Virus record (IMG/VR): IMGVR_UViG_3300044970_001982
Span: 32,001 to 96,000 of that record
Origin: a virus
Reading direction: 5' to 3' (one strand)
DNA: 64,000 nucleotides
The notes under the pieces are model-generated. The model was not told the DNA's origin and ran no database searches. It saw nothing but the letters and a program-made list of their open reading frames with translations. Both the position numbers and the translations under genes were made by a program. Within the stretch, counting starts at the first letter, position 1, and every line of letters starts with the position of its first letter. Positions 39,101-46,480 of this stretch are shown here, piece by piece.

Positions 39101-41367
39101 TTTTTAGTGGATAATGGATAAGTTGATTCTAACGAAAGAGAAGATATGTCATTAATATCTTTTATTAATGGTGTAAGACTTGTACGATCAATTCCAAAAT
39201 TTTCTAGAATTCTATCCCAAAGACCAGAACTAGTTTCGTTTAATATTTTTTCTTGCTCACTTCTAAAAGAAGTGCTGTCTGGTAGGAATATTTTTGTTTG
39301 TGTCTCTGCTGGAACAAACAAAGTTAGATTGCTTCCATCTTTCCATTGAGTAACTATATTTGTAGACAGTACATCATTATCGTAAGTGTTAACATATTCT
39401 AAGTTTTCTGCCAAGATGCCATCTTCATCAGTTGTATCTACTGGCATTGCGCCGTATGGACTAACCTCATACGTATCCGCTTGATTTGTAGCTTTATCAT
39501 CTGATGTCTTTAATAAAAACGCCTCACTAACATATCTATGCATTTCTCCTGCGGCTTTGCCCATATATTGACGATATTTACCCCAGTGAATAGCCTGATT
39601 AAAATCTTTAATCATTGGCAAGAATGGCTTGTGATTATAACTGTATAATTCTAAGTCAACTACTAATGCAAATGGATAACTTGGTATTGTTGATATAGAC
39701 ATAGCGGATAGTGCAACAGCTGTAATTCCGTGCACAGAGTTTATATACTGATTCTTGATTGGTAGAATTGGAGAATACTTAAACGCTGCAATTAATCCTC
39801 TGAGTGAGGATAAGAACTTATCTATTTTATCTTCTGAGTCTCCACCATTTTTGAAATCTATAGTAAAGTTTTCATTTAAATCTAAGCTAGAAGCGTCGTC
39901 TATTGAGAGACCCCATATTTCTTCATAGTTAGGGAAAAATAATCTTAACGATACCGTGGTTTCTTTGTATCCAGCATTAAACTTTGGAGTGTTTCTTTGA
40001 CGTATTGCACCACCTGTAAGGGATCCAGTTTTAAATGCAGAATTAACACTAACAGAAACTGGTGGAACATAAAAGTTTGCAGCTCCTAGTCTTAAATGAA
40101 AGATATCTGGTTTTCTAGGTGGTATATTTGCCCTGAATGGAAAATCTTGTAAAGCTTTTTTAATTCTTTCTGAAGTTGTATAAAACTTTTCTGTGCCAGC
40201 TAAAGTAAATATTGGCTTACCAGATTGACTAACGCCAAATGCTTTTTCTAGCGAAAGAATAGCGTCTGCCATATTATTAAGAGTATCCTCTTGGCCTCCA
40301 CCCTTTCCGTTATTTGAATAGTCGCCAACAACAGCTATAGCATCAAAAACAAACGTCAGCAATGATGGGAAATAGTGGTTTATTATAGAGAATGAAATAG
40401 GATCTTGCTGAAGACTATAAACAACTTGACTTAGTTGTTGTAACCATGGAGTATCTACCGATGGATCTATAAAATCATTTGCAGATTTTTTAACTGTTGC
40501 TATATTTTGCAATCTTTTCTTAGCGAACTCTCCTATTTCATAGGCATAGGATGCCAGGTAGATTAAACCCGTAGATTCTAACCTGGAATATATACTTCTA
40601 GCTAAAGTTTCTTCTTCTGAAGTATTTAAAAGATTTTTAATATCTATGCCAAAAACCCTCGAAGTTGCTCTTACATTTTTTTCTGTAATTTCATCTTTTC
40701 TTGTCTTTTGGAAAAATTCTTCCATTGGGTCTACTTGAGTTCCGTCGTTGGCGCCAAAATATATTAAACTAAAGAACCTCTGAACTTGGTAAATTGCTTC
40801 ATCTTCTTCATAATTTTTTTCGTCTTCTACTGTTTCTTCGGAAACCAATCTTTCTTCAAATGCAAGAAGCTGCTCTAGCATTTCATCATTAATGCCAACA
40901 TCTATAGATGTTTCATACCATATTGTTATTCTTTCCAATATTTTAGATGCTAAAAATTTAGTTACCTTTTCATCCGCATCCGTATATGCATAGTTTGTTA
41001 CAAAGTGATTTATTATATCTGCTTCAGTAGAAAGACCTGGATTTTGCAAAACCCCAAATCTAGCGCTTATAACACTAAGATATTCATCTAATACTAAAGA
41101 CGTATTTATTGCTGTTCCAGATATAAAAATCGATACAGATTTTTTGTATAAGGCTAAAGAATATTTATCATTAAAGTCTAAATTAATTAACTGTGAACCG
41201 GTTATATCTGGAGTAGATAAATCTACGTTATCGCCAAACTGAAGGAACGCAGATAGGCTAGATGTAGAAACGGACTGATCTGATAGATAGGCACTTAGGG
41301 TAGTATAGTCTAAGTCGCTTTCAGCTATATATGTAAGAGCTTGTCGTGCTATTGAATTTATTGCCAT
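30130..41367 (-). CDS. Giant baseplate hub fusion: tube-like modules, gp27/gp44-like hub, RlpA-like barrel, hydrophobic helices, C-terminal thermonuclease domain
   Basis: GVRVHLRCGYG...VFNGVITNV and GELIIIGNADIRPHDLVYL...FEVEQVVHHF hub motifs; YIAMKWPY...VSPDAAWYLG; FIDGDT...VRFDGINTGE...LNWELVSNNLAQVY SNase motifs. Confidence 0.75.
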   Translation of the reverse strand: MAINSIARQALTYIAESDLDYTTLSAYLSDQSVSTSSLSAFLQFGDNVDLSTPDITGSQLINLDFNDKYSLALYKKSVSIFISGTAINTSLVLDEYLSVISARFGVLQNPGLSTEADIINHFVTNYAYTDADEKVTKFLASKILERITIWYETSIDVGINDEMLEQLLAFEERLVSEETVEDEKNYEEDEAIYQVQRFFSLIYFGANDGTQVDPMEEFFQKTRKDEITEKNVRATSRVFGIDIKNLLNTSEEETLARSIYSRLESTGLIYLASYAYEIGEFAKKRLQNIATVKKSANDFIDPSVDTPWLQQLSQVVYSLQQDPISFSIINHYFPSLLTFVFDAIAVVGDYSNNGKGGGQEDTLNNMADAILSLEKAFGVSQSGKPIFTLAGTEKFYTTSERIKKALQDFPFRANIPPRKPDIFHLRLGAANFYVPPVSVSVNSAFKTGSLTGGAIRQRNTPKFNAGYKETTVSLRLFFPNYEEIWGLSIDDASSLDLNENFTIDFKNGGDSEDKIDKFLSSLRGLIAAFKYSPILPIKNQYINSVHGITAVALSAMSISTIPSYPFALVVDLELYSYNHKPFLPMIKDFNQAIHWGKYRQYMGKAAGEMHRYVSEAFLLKTSDDKATNQADTYEVSPYGAMPVDTTDEDGILAENLEYVNTYDNDVLSTNIVTQWKDGSNLTLFVPAETQTKIFLPDSTSFRSEQEKILNETSSGLWDRILENFGIDRTSLTPLIKDINDISSLSLESTYPLSTKKFVRQAIDIMTAGTSTDDFREKVYAYKVQSFISENITRIDSEQASWLRNYPGENAIPSLHFNQYPTIGSESYYRNNEIVKNPEGDNASLNYIKYSIYNESSASGSIVDELVNQEVLRQQKSTGITEVDQDKIRQQITDAFQVNLYERFFKDGFVKNLMEAVRLREGDYHFNEWEVPMTRVDLNPKEAIVNGVSVTMGNNLAKLQVQMQDEPTYQFIGGKDTYINISLTVFGEKELIKIKNIFDHANGLARLEHSTGVIGFLGIKNIISALAGVKYVLPLNYRVDTIPNYPHVYSVQLSFVDFDIFQQKREKISSDQQTKLIEHFGTKRNPFLRIKQMWGSFNAYPDLPLSIKDKDGGVVGNLDPDFYFRSFSMFDSDIINNTKIQLDLTEKFEFDNSDDWALGTSDNLERKIQSVRNTILDFITRYSYTNANNQDAREQRALTNEQLINEMIDYVQSTGISVHNFVSIFQDVVSANTEGQSSVRKQALLTDFIFLSASSSEDLQIFEDINGAPYLVGNVGVTNTSTEDLIKYILANSHLENETQVSFDPDEVEFHKVITIIPGMDPEEQNPNEIPAFMQTALGTHFGYINKENGRFYLTIDGSNVTIENDENSSNGTKIKLQSNFVEDTQTPDRGCTNSLTGVAGVSSLNQYQQAYSGDFNGHMEKMLNDIQYRDISGRMLRAFPTYMLWLIDEGGMFAGVKLFDNFYGLQSIVDFSVVSSEDLLGDTLILRMSNMYSKLTTRPSTEIFNANNDEFSNDPLNLTDGISAILDRTLNVARNIISGMRNNYVVDINNIRLKPGVRVHLRCGYGANPNSLQTVFNGVITNVEQGEIVTITAQSDAIELGAVVNSTNKKGDTGKIDGGVDTGMYLSEPRDLMVRLLSMGASRFKEAYARATNGTVFSENRFGIRHFGTMLYEPLNDIERARADGIRQTVAGVYNNLSELNIGGAANSAAFRISNVFSRDPVSGLFGNGSLMTSMGQLVSNYCSDVDLELFKRNIYPGNGTGFAQFLGGDLDDGWSTASSFSQDSTDSLRLAGQRYIESATDRSWNRLIVEAELGSTASTQTIENLVEDNKLVSAEGRAGLVAGVLKGAATIGLAALNPVAGAVAGAGLFGLLRGRGGNNLFRTMGIISPNADDDLQGFDEVSFRAQTYMRTVWDLFQTCARLLPNYIVAVRPFEDRSTIFYGKPHWLYTSGVVPVTTGFPSDEKAAQLNLPGYPKIVQPNNDIENIINQVSSQTNSLADYEAFKRSTELSDVISDLVQDQVNSRGIYAPTASVNGRLINFNSNLASSYSERNENGVYNVVCKLPVNVGKVRMGFHLPVGDPTKTFADRGNDNAQGHAQIDNLPIRFRYPFYTVNENVILNKYSTEIRDGGLLEGTYIDLRADTQGFPVSLKVGSVEIATDDLIDRYVEDGDTVKTGVSGGLEFTKGILALMQEEINFIKENSITIIPSSEITYELDRPLGLASLTDQLNLGEQSLFGEINIVRMPLPSVSIFASGGENDIGALTVTTIDAAENADDYSFEYELNEQISYQEWGSPKGLLEEQFYIAMKWPYKPGSSDKLIQGESLEKFKEQYGFVNLYGTAEDYKNRKVLVFSPLTQRAVVCAPAYFMWGEDSDEDVAAVVSPDAAWYLGSLVSSLVDKVPDELKNNLPNWASIGSTESEDVSINFKHSGGDSRNPLYTLEESSGIAIQPRLVDCFFAFVPDDVPVGVVSSELAPVKRFLVGDDKAVNEEYIIGFGNYTATNGETLTAQRKQLTGSADSLERQLAESSGIFAEWSASNASISDIDYTYGGNVLKSGDDLGYFEAILDITKISNDTDVLSRSTLYDRLDGELYTTGDDDTGSGRVGFAPVYSMMDSVSVEARSFYDENFDPNVSVIAGNGRTLSQANDIWDQFRFGYHTYESVKNIFAKTYGLDPDDTTEFPEEFKRILDKTNSKIFSNFSDNTVDVPGLENVGNIENTGVDELVILLGADFFTDSNRQGTQQGTSQLEARKQTIEFIRTNYIDATSQGISGDAGVIEYFNNVISKSLDNIRVNFFENQIINNLLQYSIENTDNQSEAIKLSDQIKTPKQLFLLMVGLFRQKLWSTAYGRAWLVLKPDRKKGPFGNGKGSEGSWSFKPVDKVFEAFISPYSQYAKGSEKFLQLLVSTASEGSNSSTWIGGIGEDVSDFYQRNIGPIFTAIGDGLSGLLGMFKLNMMQMGYAISEVGNFGKQAHILNKVLNDSIYYSLGRPGTLLRAVDNPFTREYGEPVLEVRQPFQRLHYVSSFSHIISNQIQENLNNVATVVTAVSDGKHPVTVALDKGAPPERQTEITVETGIYYDNMIGSGFLGVLHPLMHPLETFRGVAKNAQGTPDELSARRIALAHLKESIKDIYGGELIIIGNADIRPHDLVYLSDVYERMYGLFEVEQVVHHFTPEMGYITSITPNALVTVNDPSRWFLSSWLRSWLGLQNIRNDTRFYIDNIMASNTGINVGGDISVDALSDALMPQMMGGIEYTHGSTSLVKDIMANQTALTLPQKAQQLIDANKSGSDTGFKAVAGGLIAGSGLIAAAAGGAAAAIALPIVGQLAWKGWKWIRDNVLDQHGCYIQYLNKNGQPMDAGLSYNQGMVVGRYHSKALLPGLLGARTKVKTPEGNVFIRSDDLLKSLGWQEVEIKDLVRHIDYENAITHARVLQLSGLGPEKADLQPSLFRVIVKVTEFIDGDTFWVQDIISGSTFKVRFDGINTGETNTIRVGGIPNEPGNQDNQTQLTSISTPGGRAKLYTEEKLKNRIFVLRTKISNSATDDVIFEQQFQPGANENTVANYAKDVTASERVLGTIWYYQPESVVQQAEQFVTSCFIKNKEKNIGSVDSINNLICLEFFKGIYEDSPMNVKKLSIYNEIINSKLSYFAPEYLRDNAQTNYGISEDDVVKLYNALVAYRILNATYEKTSEWPTIFWDEYYEDGYPVTLNWELVSNNLAQVYAKQVQIESESVISAEESALMPRRVI

Positions 41368-41372
41368 AAAGC

Positions 41373-41819
41373 CTACTTAAACATCATGTTATTTCTAATA
41401 ATAGTTTTTAATCTATCGCTGGAAGAATCCTTCATAGTTGAAGAACTGTAGTTATTAATTATACTAGATTTTGTTTCCAAATTAAAGGAATTTTGAATAA
41501 AATTTGCATTTACTCTGTTGCTGACATCTTTTGAATACCTGGCTTTTTGTTGAGATTTATTATCATAGCCAGTACCATTCATTTGTATATAGGTAGAAGA
41601 TGAGTTGTCCATTCCTTCAAATGAACCTTTAAGCTTGTCAGACTTACCTGTAGCTTGTATCTTTTGTCTAGAATCAGAGACTACATTTCTTGCCGGTGAT
41701 TTAGAAGATGATATTTTAGCTGCGTACTTATTGGCAGTGAGAGTTCTATGAGAGGTGTCTTTAGGCTGTTTTCCAGCAGCGCTTAGTGCTTTATTTTGAT
41801 CTTTTACACCTAAAATCAT
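41373..41819 (-). CDS. Basic, K/S-rich low-complexity protein
   Basis: 148 aa ORF with GGA RBS filling the gap between two large genes. Confidence 0.65.
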   Translation of the reverse strand: MILGVKDQNKALSAAGKQPKDTSHRTLTANKYAAKISSSKSPARNVVSDSRQKIQATGKSDKLKGSFEGMDNSSSTYIQMNGTGYDNKSQQKARYSKDVSNRVNANFIQNSFNLETKSSIINNYSSSTMKDSSSDRLKTIIRNNMMFK

Positions 41820-41830
41820 AGTTAATTATC

Positions 41831-44800
41831 CTAAAAAGATCCGGCAATTTCCTGGTACGGATTTGAAGCTACATCAGGGATTCTATTATACATAGTACTG
41901 TTAATATTTCCATTAGTAAGTCCTGAAGCAGCTTGTCTAAAACTTTCTACCTGATCTCTATTTCCATAGAGGGAAACTTTATAATTCATACCTGGATTAT
42001 AGCTTTTTCCTGACATTGCAGCAATTTCTGATAACTTTCTAGGATAGTCTGATTCATATGCAGATCCTCCAGGTAGTAGTGGTGGACCACTTATATCCTC
42101 AGCAGTTCTATCCTTAGACCCTTGATATATAAAACTTGCAGCTACGGCAAGTCCTGTTCCAATAGCAATATTTCTAACAGTGGGCTTAGCTAACTGTTCC
42201 GATAAGTATTCTTTAGTAATCCTTTGGAATCTTGCCTTTTTTGTCGGAGATCTTTCATCTGAAAGAGCTCGAAGAGTATCTGCAACTACGTCTGGTGTAT
42301 CATCAGCGATTTGATCAGCCGACCTTAATACATTCCCTGATGCATTTGATCCATTAACAAAGGCAGCTGCTTTAGAGTCATTTATTTGAGCTTGCTCATA
42401 AACAACCCTTGCCCTAATCGCACTACTAATTTGAACCTCTTGTGCGGTTGCCTCTGCAGCTTCTTTATCTAATAGTAAGCTCTTAATGACATCAGCCCTG
42501 CCATACTGTTCTCCATTTGAGGAGAAAAATCCATCTACAAAATCAAAATCCATAGAGGTATTTAATATGCCGGCTCTTTGTTCTGGGCTAAAAGTTAATG
42601 ATTCAATAAAATCTTTTAATGCAACATTTGAAGTTGCTCGTTGATAATTTCTTCTTTTTTGCGCCATATCTAAGTATCTATGTAGAGTATGTGCCCTTTC
42701 AACACCATCTCCAATCAAAGTTGTGTCTGGTAGTTTTTCTAATAAACCAAGTGGATATTTTCTTTGAGAAGAAACATATTCCAAAGAGCTAATTAATTCA
42801 TAGCCACTTATGCCCATGGTCCTACTTACATCTTCCATGTCTGCAAGAAGTCTGTCACCAAGTTGGAACTTTAAATTTTCCATACGATACTTGGCCATTT
42901 CTTCTAAGTTTGCATCACCTTGTTGATCCATTATTTCTTTTATAGAGGAAATAATTTGACTATTGCGATCTAAGATATTTTCTGCAGCTATTCTAGACTC
43001 TCTAGTAATATCTGCTGCTAATAGTTGTTCTTGTGATGCGCTTCTTGTCGAATATAGCTTAAATAGTGCGCTACTGTATCTTTCTGATATGTTTGCTGCT
43101 GCTTCCATTTCTGATAGTTTTCCAACACCTATAAATCCTCTTGATCTTAGTAGCTTCTCAACTTCTTCGTGACCACCAGCAACTGCGTCATTAAACTGCT
43201 TAATATCTTCAGCGTTTGCACCGCCTTCAACCATTCCTTGAGAAATTCCTTCAGCGATTATTGTTAGATCTGATTTACTCAATTTTCCACTGGATAATAG
43301 AACTTCATCAATCTTTGCATCAAAGCCTTGATATTGAGATAGAAAGCCAAATAACTTTCCGTACTGGCGCATTGTTGTTTCTCCAAATTGTCCTAAATTA
43401 AGAGCTTGTTGTCCATATATTCTTTCTAAAGCTGTTTTTGCTATACTTGGATCAGATGCAGCGAGTTCAGAAGTATGCTTTAATATTAAACGTCCAGAGG
43501 TAAACGTTTGAGTCATGTCAATTGCGGTTTCAGCTGGAAGCAAGCCAAGCATTATGTTTTTTTGTTTTAATATTTCCTCTATATTTGCAGGCAGTTTATT
43601 TCCTTTAAACATTTGCTCAAATTCATATAAACCTTGACCAATAACAGTAGACCTATTGACATATACGCCAAGTATATTTTCATTTTCTATTGCAGTTTGA
43701 ACACTTCTCTTTAAGAAATCTTCAGACACTACTTGATTAAGTATCTTGTAGTCTATAGAGCTTACTGCCTTATAGAGTGCTTCGGAATCGCCTGCTTTTG
43801 CAAGATCTTTCATTGACTGTATTTGAGTCGCAGACAAATGTGGAGATAGCTTATTAAATAACTCATCAGCAACTTGCATGGTCTCCACTTCTGCCTTTAA
43901 TCTTTGGAAACCTAATGACATAAGCATTGGGTCTTCAGCACCACGTGCAATTAATTGTGTTGCTGAAAGATTTTCTGATGCCGTTCTTCCAAGTCTTTGA
44001 AGAAAAGCGGCGTCAAATTTTCTTCCTTTATTTTGATATAGTTGATCCCAGACTCTTATAGCAGTTTGTTCTATATTATTCATATCAAACATATCATCTA
44101 TAAAATCTTTACCAGTTAATGCTGTTTTTAAAGTAGATAAATCTGAATCACTACTAGCAACTAACATTTCATCTAATTGACGCATAAATAGTTTATTATT
44201 GCCAAATAATTCCTGATAAGTTTCAAGGTCACTAAATCTAGTTAAGCCTATTAATTCTCCAGCTGCTGTTGGTTGACGAGCCATCGCAGCTGCAAATCTT
44301 CTTTTACCACCTGATTCAAAGGTGCCTAAAATTGGCAAACCCTTGTCGTCAAGGTCGAATCCACCTAGGGCATGGTAAAATCTTCTGATGTCATTTTCAT
44401 GGAATAAAATATTATGATTAGATATTCTAAACTTGGCCATCTCAACATTTGTTCCACCAATGTCAAATGCTTCAGCGGTTCCAGAAAGAATGTTCATATT
44501 ACCCTTAACTCCGGTCATAGCATTAGCTTCTGAGTTAATTGCATATCTATAAACTTCTGGAAGAACTGGAAGTTTCATTCCCTTTCTGCTTACAAATAAT
44601 TCTGAATCATAATATACTTTTAATAAGTTTAAATACTCATTTGAATCTCTAATTGAAACTCCACTTTGATGAAGTTCAAGAACTCTTTTTGCCCAGTCTC
44701 TGTTTAACATCTTACTAAATTGTTGCTCTTCAGGTAAGGCATCTATATCCTGTGAGGAAATTTTTCTAATTGCCTTCATGACATTATGGTCTTCATTAAT

Positions 44801-46480
44801 TCTTCCTCTTGCTAAAAGAGCTTCAAATTCATCAAGAACTCCTTTTCTATATTTTTCTATCATAGCAAGTTCTTCTGGTTCGCCAAAAATAGATTGATGA
44901 AAAGCTGTTAACATTGGATCAGAGTAGACTCTACTTGTAGATTCTGCTGCACCGCTGAAGTTTAGAATTGCAGTACCTGCTGCAATTGATGTATCTCTTT
45001 TCAATCCAGCTACACTTGTTATAATTCCATACTTATCAAAACGATCTAGAAAATCAACAACTTGTGCGGCTGATTTATAGTTAACGTCTCTATTGCCTAT
45101 TCTTACAGAACCACGAACAGTCATTTGAGACATCTGTTCGTTTAACTGAGTTAATTGTCTGTCTATTTCTATTCTTCTAGTTATTGAATCTTCATCAAAT
45201 TTTGTAGCTAAACTACTTTTTTCTTTTCTTAATTGAGCTTTAAGATTATTAATATTTTTTCTATTAATTAAAGAAGAACCGTCATATCCCTTTTCAATTT
45301 CATCAAATAAATTACCAATAATACCTTTTTCTGATGAACTAAATGATTTAGACTCTTTTAATTTCTTCTTTGCTATATCTATTCCATATTCACCGGTTGC
45401 AGCATCTATTTGACCAGAATTTGCTATTTCATTTATAAAAGTTTTTAACCTATTCTGAACATCATCTATGTCCAATAAAGCTTTTCCTTCTGCAGCAAGT
45501 TTGCTATTTTCAACATCTATTAATTCTGATAAAGGTGATTTAATTACAGAAAGAGCATCAGCTTGAGATCTATTTGTTCTTATATATGACATTACGTCGG
45601 CCTGTTTTCCAACAGAAGATAACAATCTAGTATCGTTTTCTTCAAAAGCGTAAGCCATTATTTCGAATACATTATCAACATTTAAAGTAGCGTTTGCTAG
45701 AGCAGTCATTCTACTAACAGAATTTGCTGCGCCAGTTGGGTCTAGGAAATTAAATCCTAAAAATGAATCAATTAAAGATCCAGAAAGAGATACATCTCTA
45801 GGAGACAAAACACCCTTGAGTCGTTTTGGCAATTTTGCAAACAATTTGCTTAGACCTTTGTCACCTTGTGATATAGCCCTAAGTAATTCTTCTTCTTCAA
45901 AAAGCCCTCTTCCAGTATCTTGTAAAACTTCTATCGCTTCAGATGTGCTAAGAACTTTATCTCCCAATATAAAATTAAGAGCCATTCCACCTTCATCTGT
46001 AGGGAAAACGAAACCAGTTCCATTGTCGGTCATGCTTTTTAGGAAGTCACCTATAGATTTACTTCCTTGTCTAGCTTTGTGAATTGCTATCTGAGCACTT
46101 AGTGTTTTGCCTTTATATCTATTATTAGTTTTTAGCGCGCTATTCATTTCTGCGAGAACTTGCTCATAACCCCTAAATGTAGATGGGCTTAGTTCGTCTG
46201 CAAAGTTTATATTTGCTAACTCTGTTATTCCAAAACCAGAAACATACGTTGCAGCTTCGTCTACTGTAGAAAATACTTGTTGTGCCGATATTCCTGGAAT
46301 ACCAGATAGTTTTGGATTAAAATAACTTGCCTTAAATTTTAATCTTCCGTCTTCAACAACTGGTTCTATTAATCTTTTTTGTCCAAAATATGTTTTAGAT
46401 AGCGATTGTTTTGCGATCAACATTTGCCTGTCTATTGACAGGTTATTCAAATAAGATGTAACATCTATTATCGGTTCCAC
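41831..46480 (-). CDS. Putative virion-packaged single-chain double-barrel (DPBB) RNA polymerase, with C-terminal hydrophobic helix
   Basis: Ordered motifs GYDGSSLIN, QMTVRG...YKSAAQVV, GIITSVAGLKR, KLPVLPEVYRYAINSE, NILFH...LGGFDLDDK, AMARQPTAAGEL; coupled to the tape measure gene by a TAG/GTG overlap. Confidence 0.6.
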   Translation of the reverse strand: MEPIIDVTSYLNNLSIDRQMLIAKQSLSKTYFGQKRLIEPVVEDGRLKFKASYFNPKLSGIPGISAQQVFSTVDEAATYVSGFGITELANINFADELSPSTFRGYEQVLAEMNSALKTNNRYKGKTLSAQIAIHKARQGSKSIGDFLKSMTDNGTGFVFPTDEGGMALNFILGDKVLSTSEAIEVLQDTGRGLFEEEELLRAISQGDKGLSKLFAKLPKRLKGVLSPRDVSLSGSLIDSFLGFNFLDPTGAANSVSRMTALANATLNVDNVFEIMAYAFEENDTRLLSSVGKQADVMSYIRTNRSQADALSVIKSPLSELIDVENSKLAAEGKALLDIDDVQNRLKTFINEIANSGQIDAATGEYGIDIAKKKLKESKSFSSSEKGIIGNLFDEIEKGYDGSSLINRKNINNLKAQLRKEKSSLATKFDEDSITRRIEIDRQLTQLNEQMSQMTVRGSVRIGNRDVNYKSAAQVVDFLDRFDKYGIITSVAGLKRDTSIAAGTAILNFSGAAESTSRVYSDPMLTAFHQSIFGEPEELAMIEKYRKGVLDEFEALLARGRINEDHNVMKAIRKISSQDIDALPEEQQFSKMLNRDWAKRVLELHQSGVSIRDSNEYLNLLKVYYDSELFVSRKGMKLPVLPEVYRYAINSEANAMTGVKGNMNILSGTAEAFDIGGTNVEMAKFRISNHNILFHENDIRRFYHALGGFDLDDKGLPILGTFESGGKRRFAAAMARQPTAAGELIGLTRFSDLETYQELFGNNKLFMRQLDEMLVASSDSDLSTLKTALTGKDFIDDMFDMNNIEQTAIRVWDQLYQNKGRKFDAAFLQRLGRTASENLSATQLIARGAEDPMLMSLGFQRLKAEVETMQVADELFNKLSPHLSATQIQSMKDLAKAGDSEALYKAVSSIDYKILNQVVSEDFLKRSVQTAIENENILGVYVNRSTVIGQGLYEFEQMFKGNKLPANIEEILKQKNIMLGLLPAETAIDMTQTFTSGRLILKHTSELAASDPSIAKTALERIYGQQALNLGQFGETTMRQYGKLFGFLSQYQGFDAKIDEVLLSSGKLSKSDLTIIAEGISQGMVEGGANAEDIKQFNDAVAGGHEEVEKLLRSRGFIGVGKLSEMEAAANISERYSSALFKLYSTRSASQEQLLAADITRESRIAAENILDRNSQIISSIKEIMDQQGDANLEEMAKYRMENLKFQLGDRLLADMEDVSRTMGISGYELISSLEYVSSQRKYPLGLLEKLPDTTLIGDGVERAHTLHRYLDMAQKRRNYQRATSNVALKDFIESLTFSPEQRAGILNTSMDFDFVDGFFSSNGEQYGRADVIKSLLLDKEAAEATAQEVQISSAIRARVVYEQAQINDSKAAAFVNGSNASGNVLRSADQIADDTPDVVADTLRALSDERSPTKKARFQRITKEYLSEQLAKPTVRNIAIGTGLAVAASFIYQGSKDRTAEDISGPPLLPGGSAYESDYPRKLSEIAAMSGKSYNPGMNYKVSLYGNRDQVESFRQAASGLTNGNINSTMYNRIPDVASNPYQEIAGSF

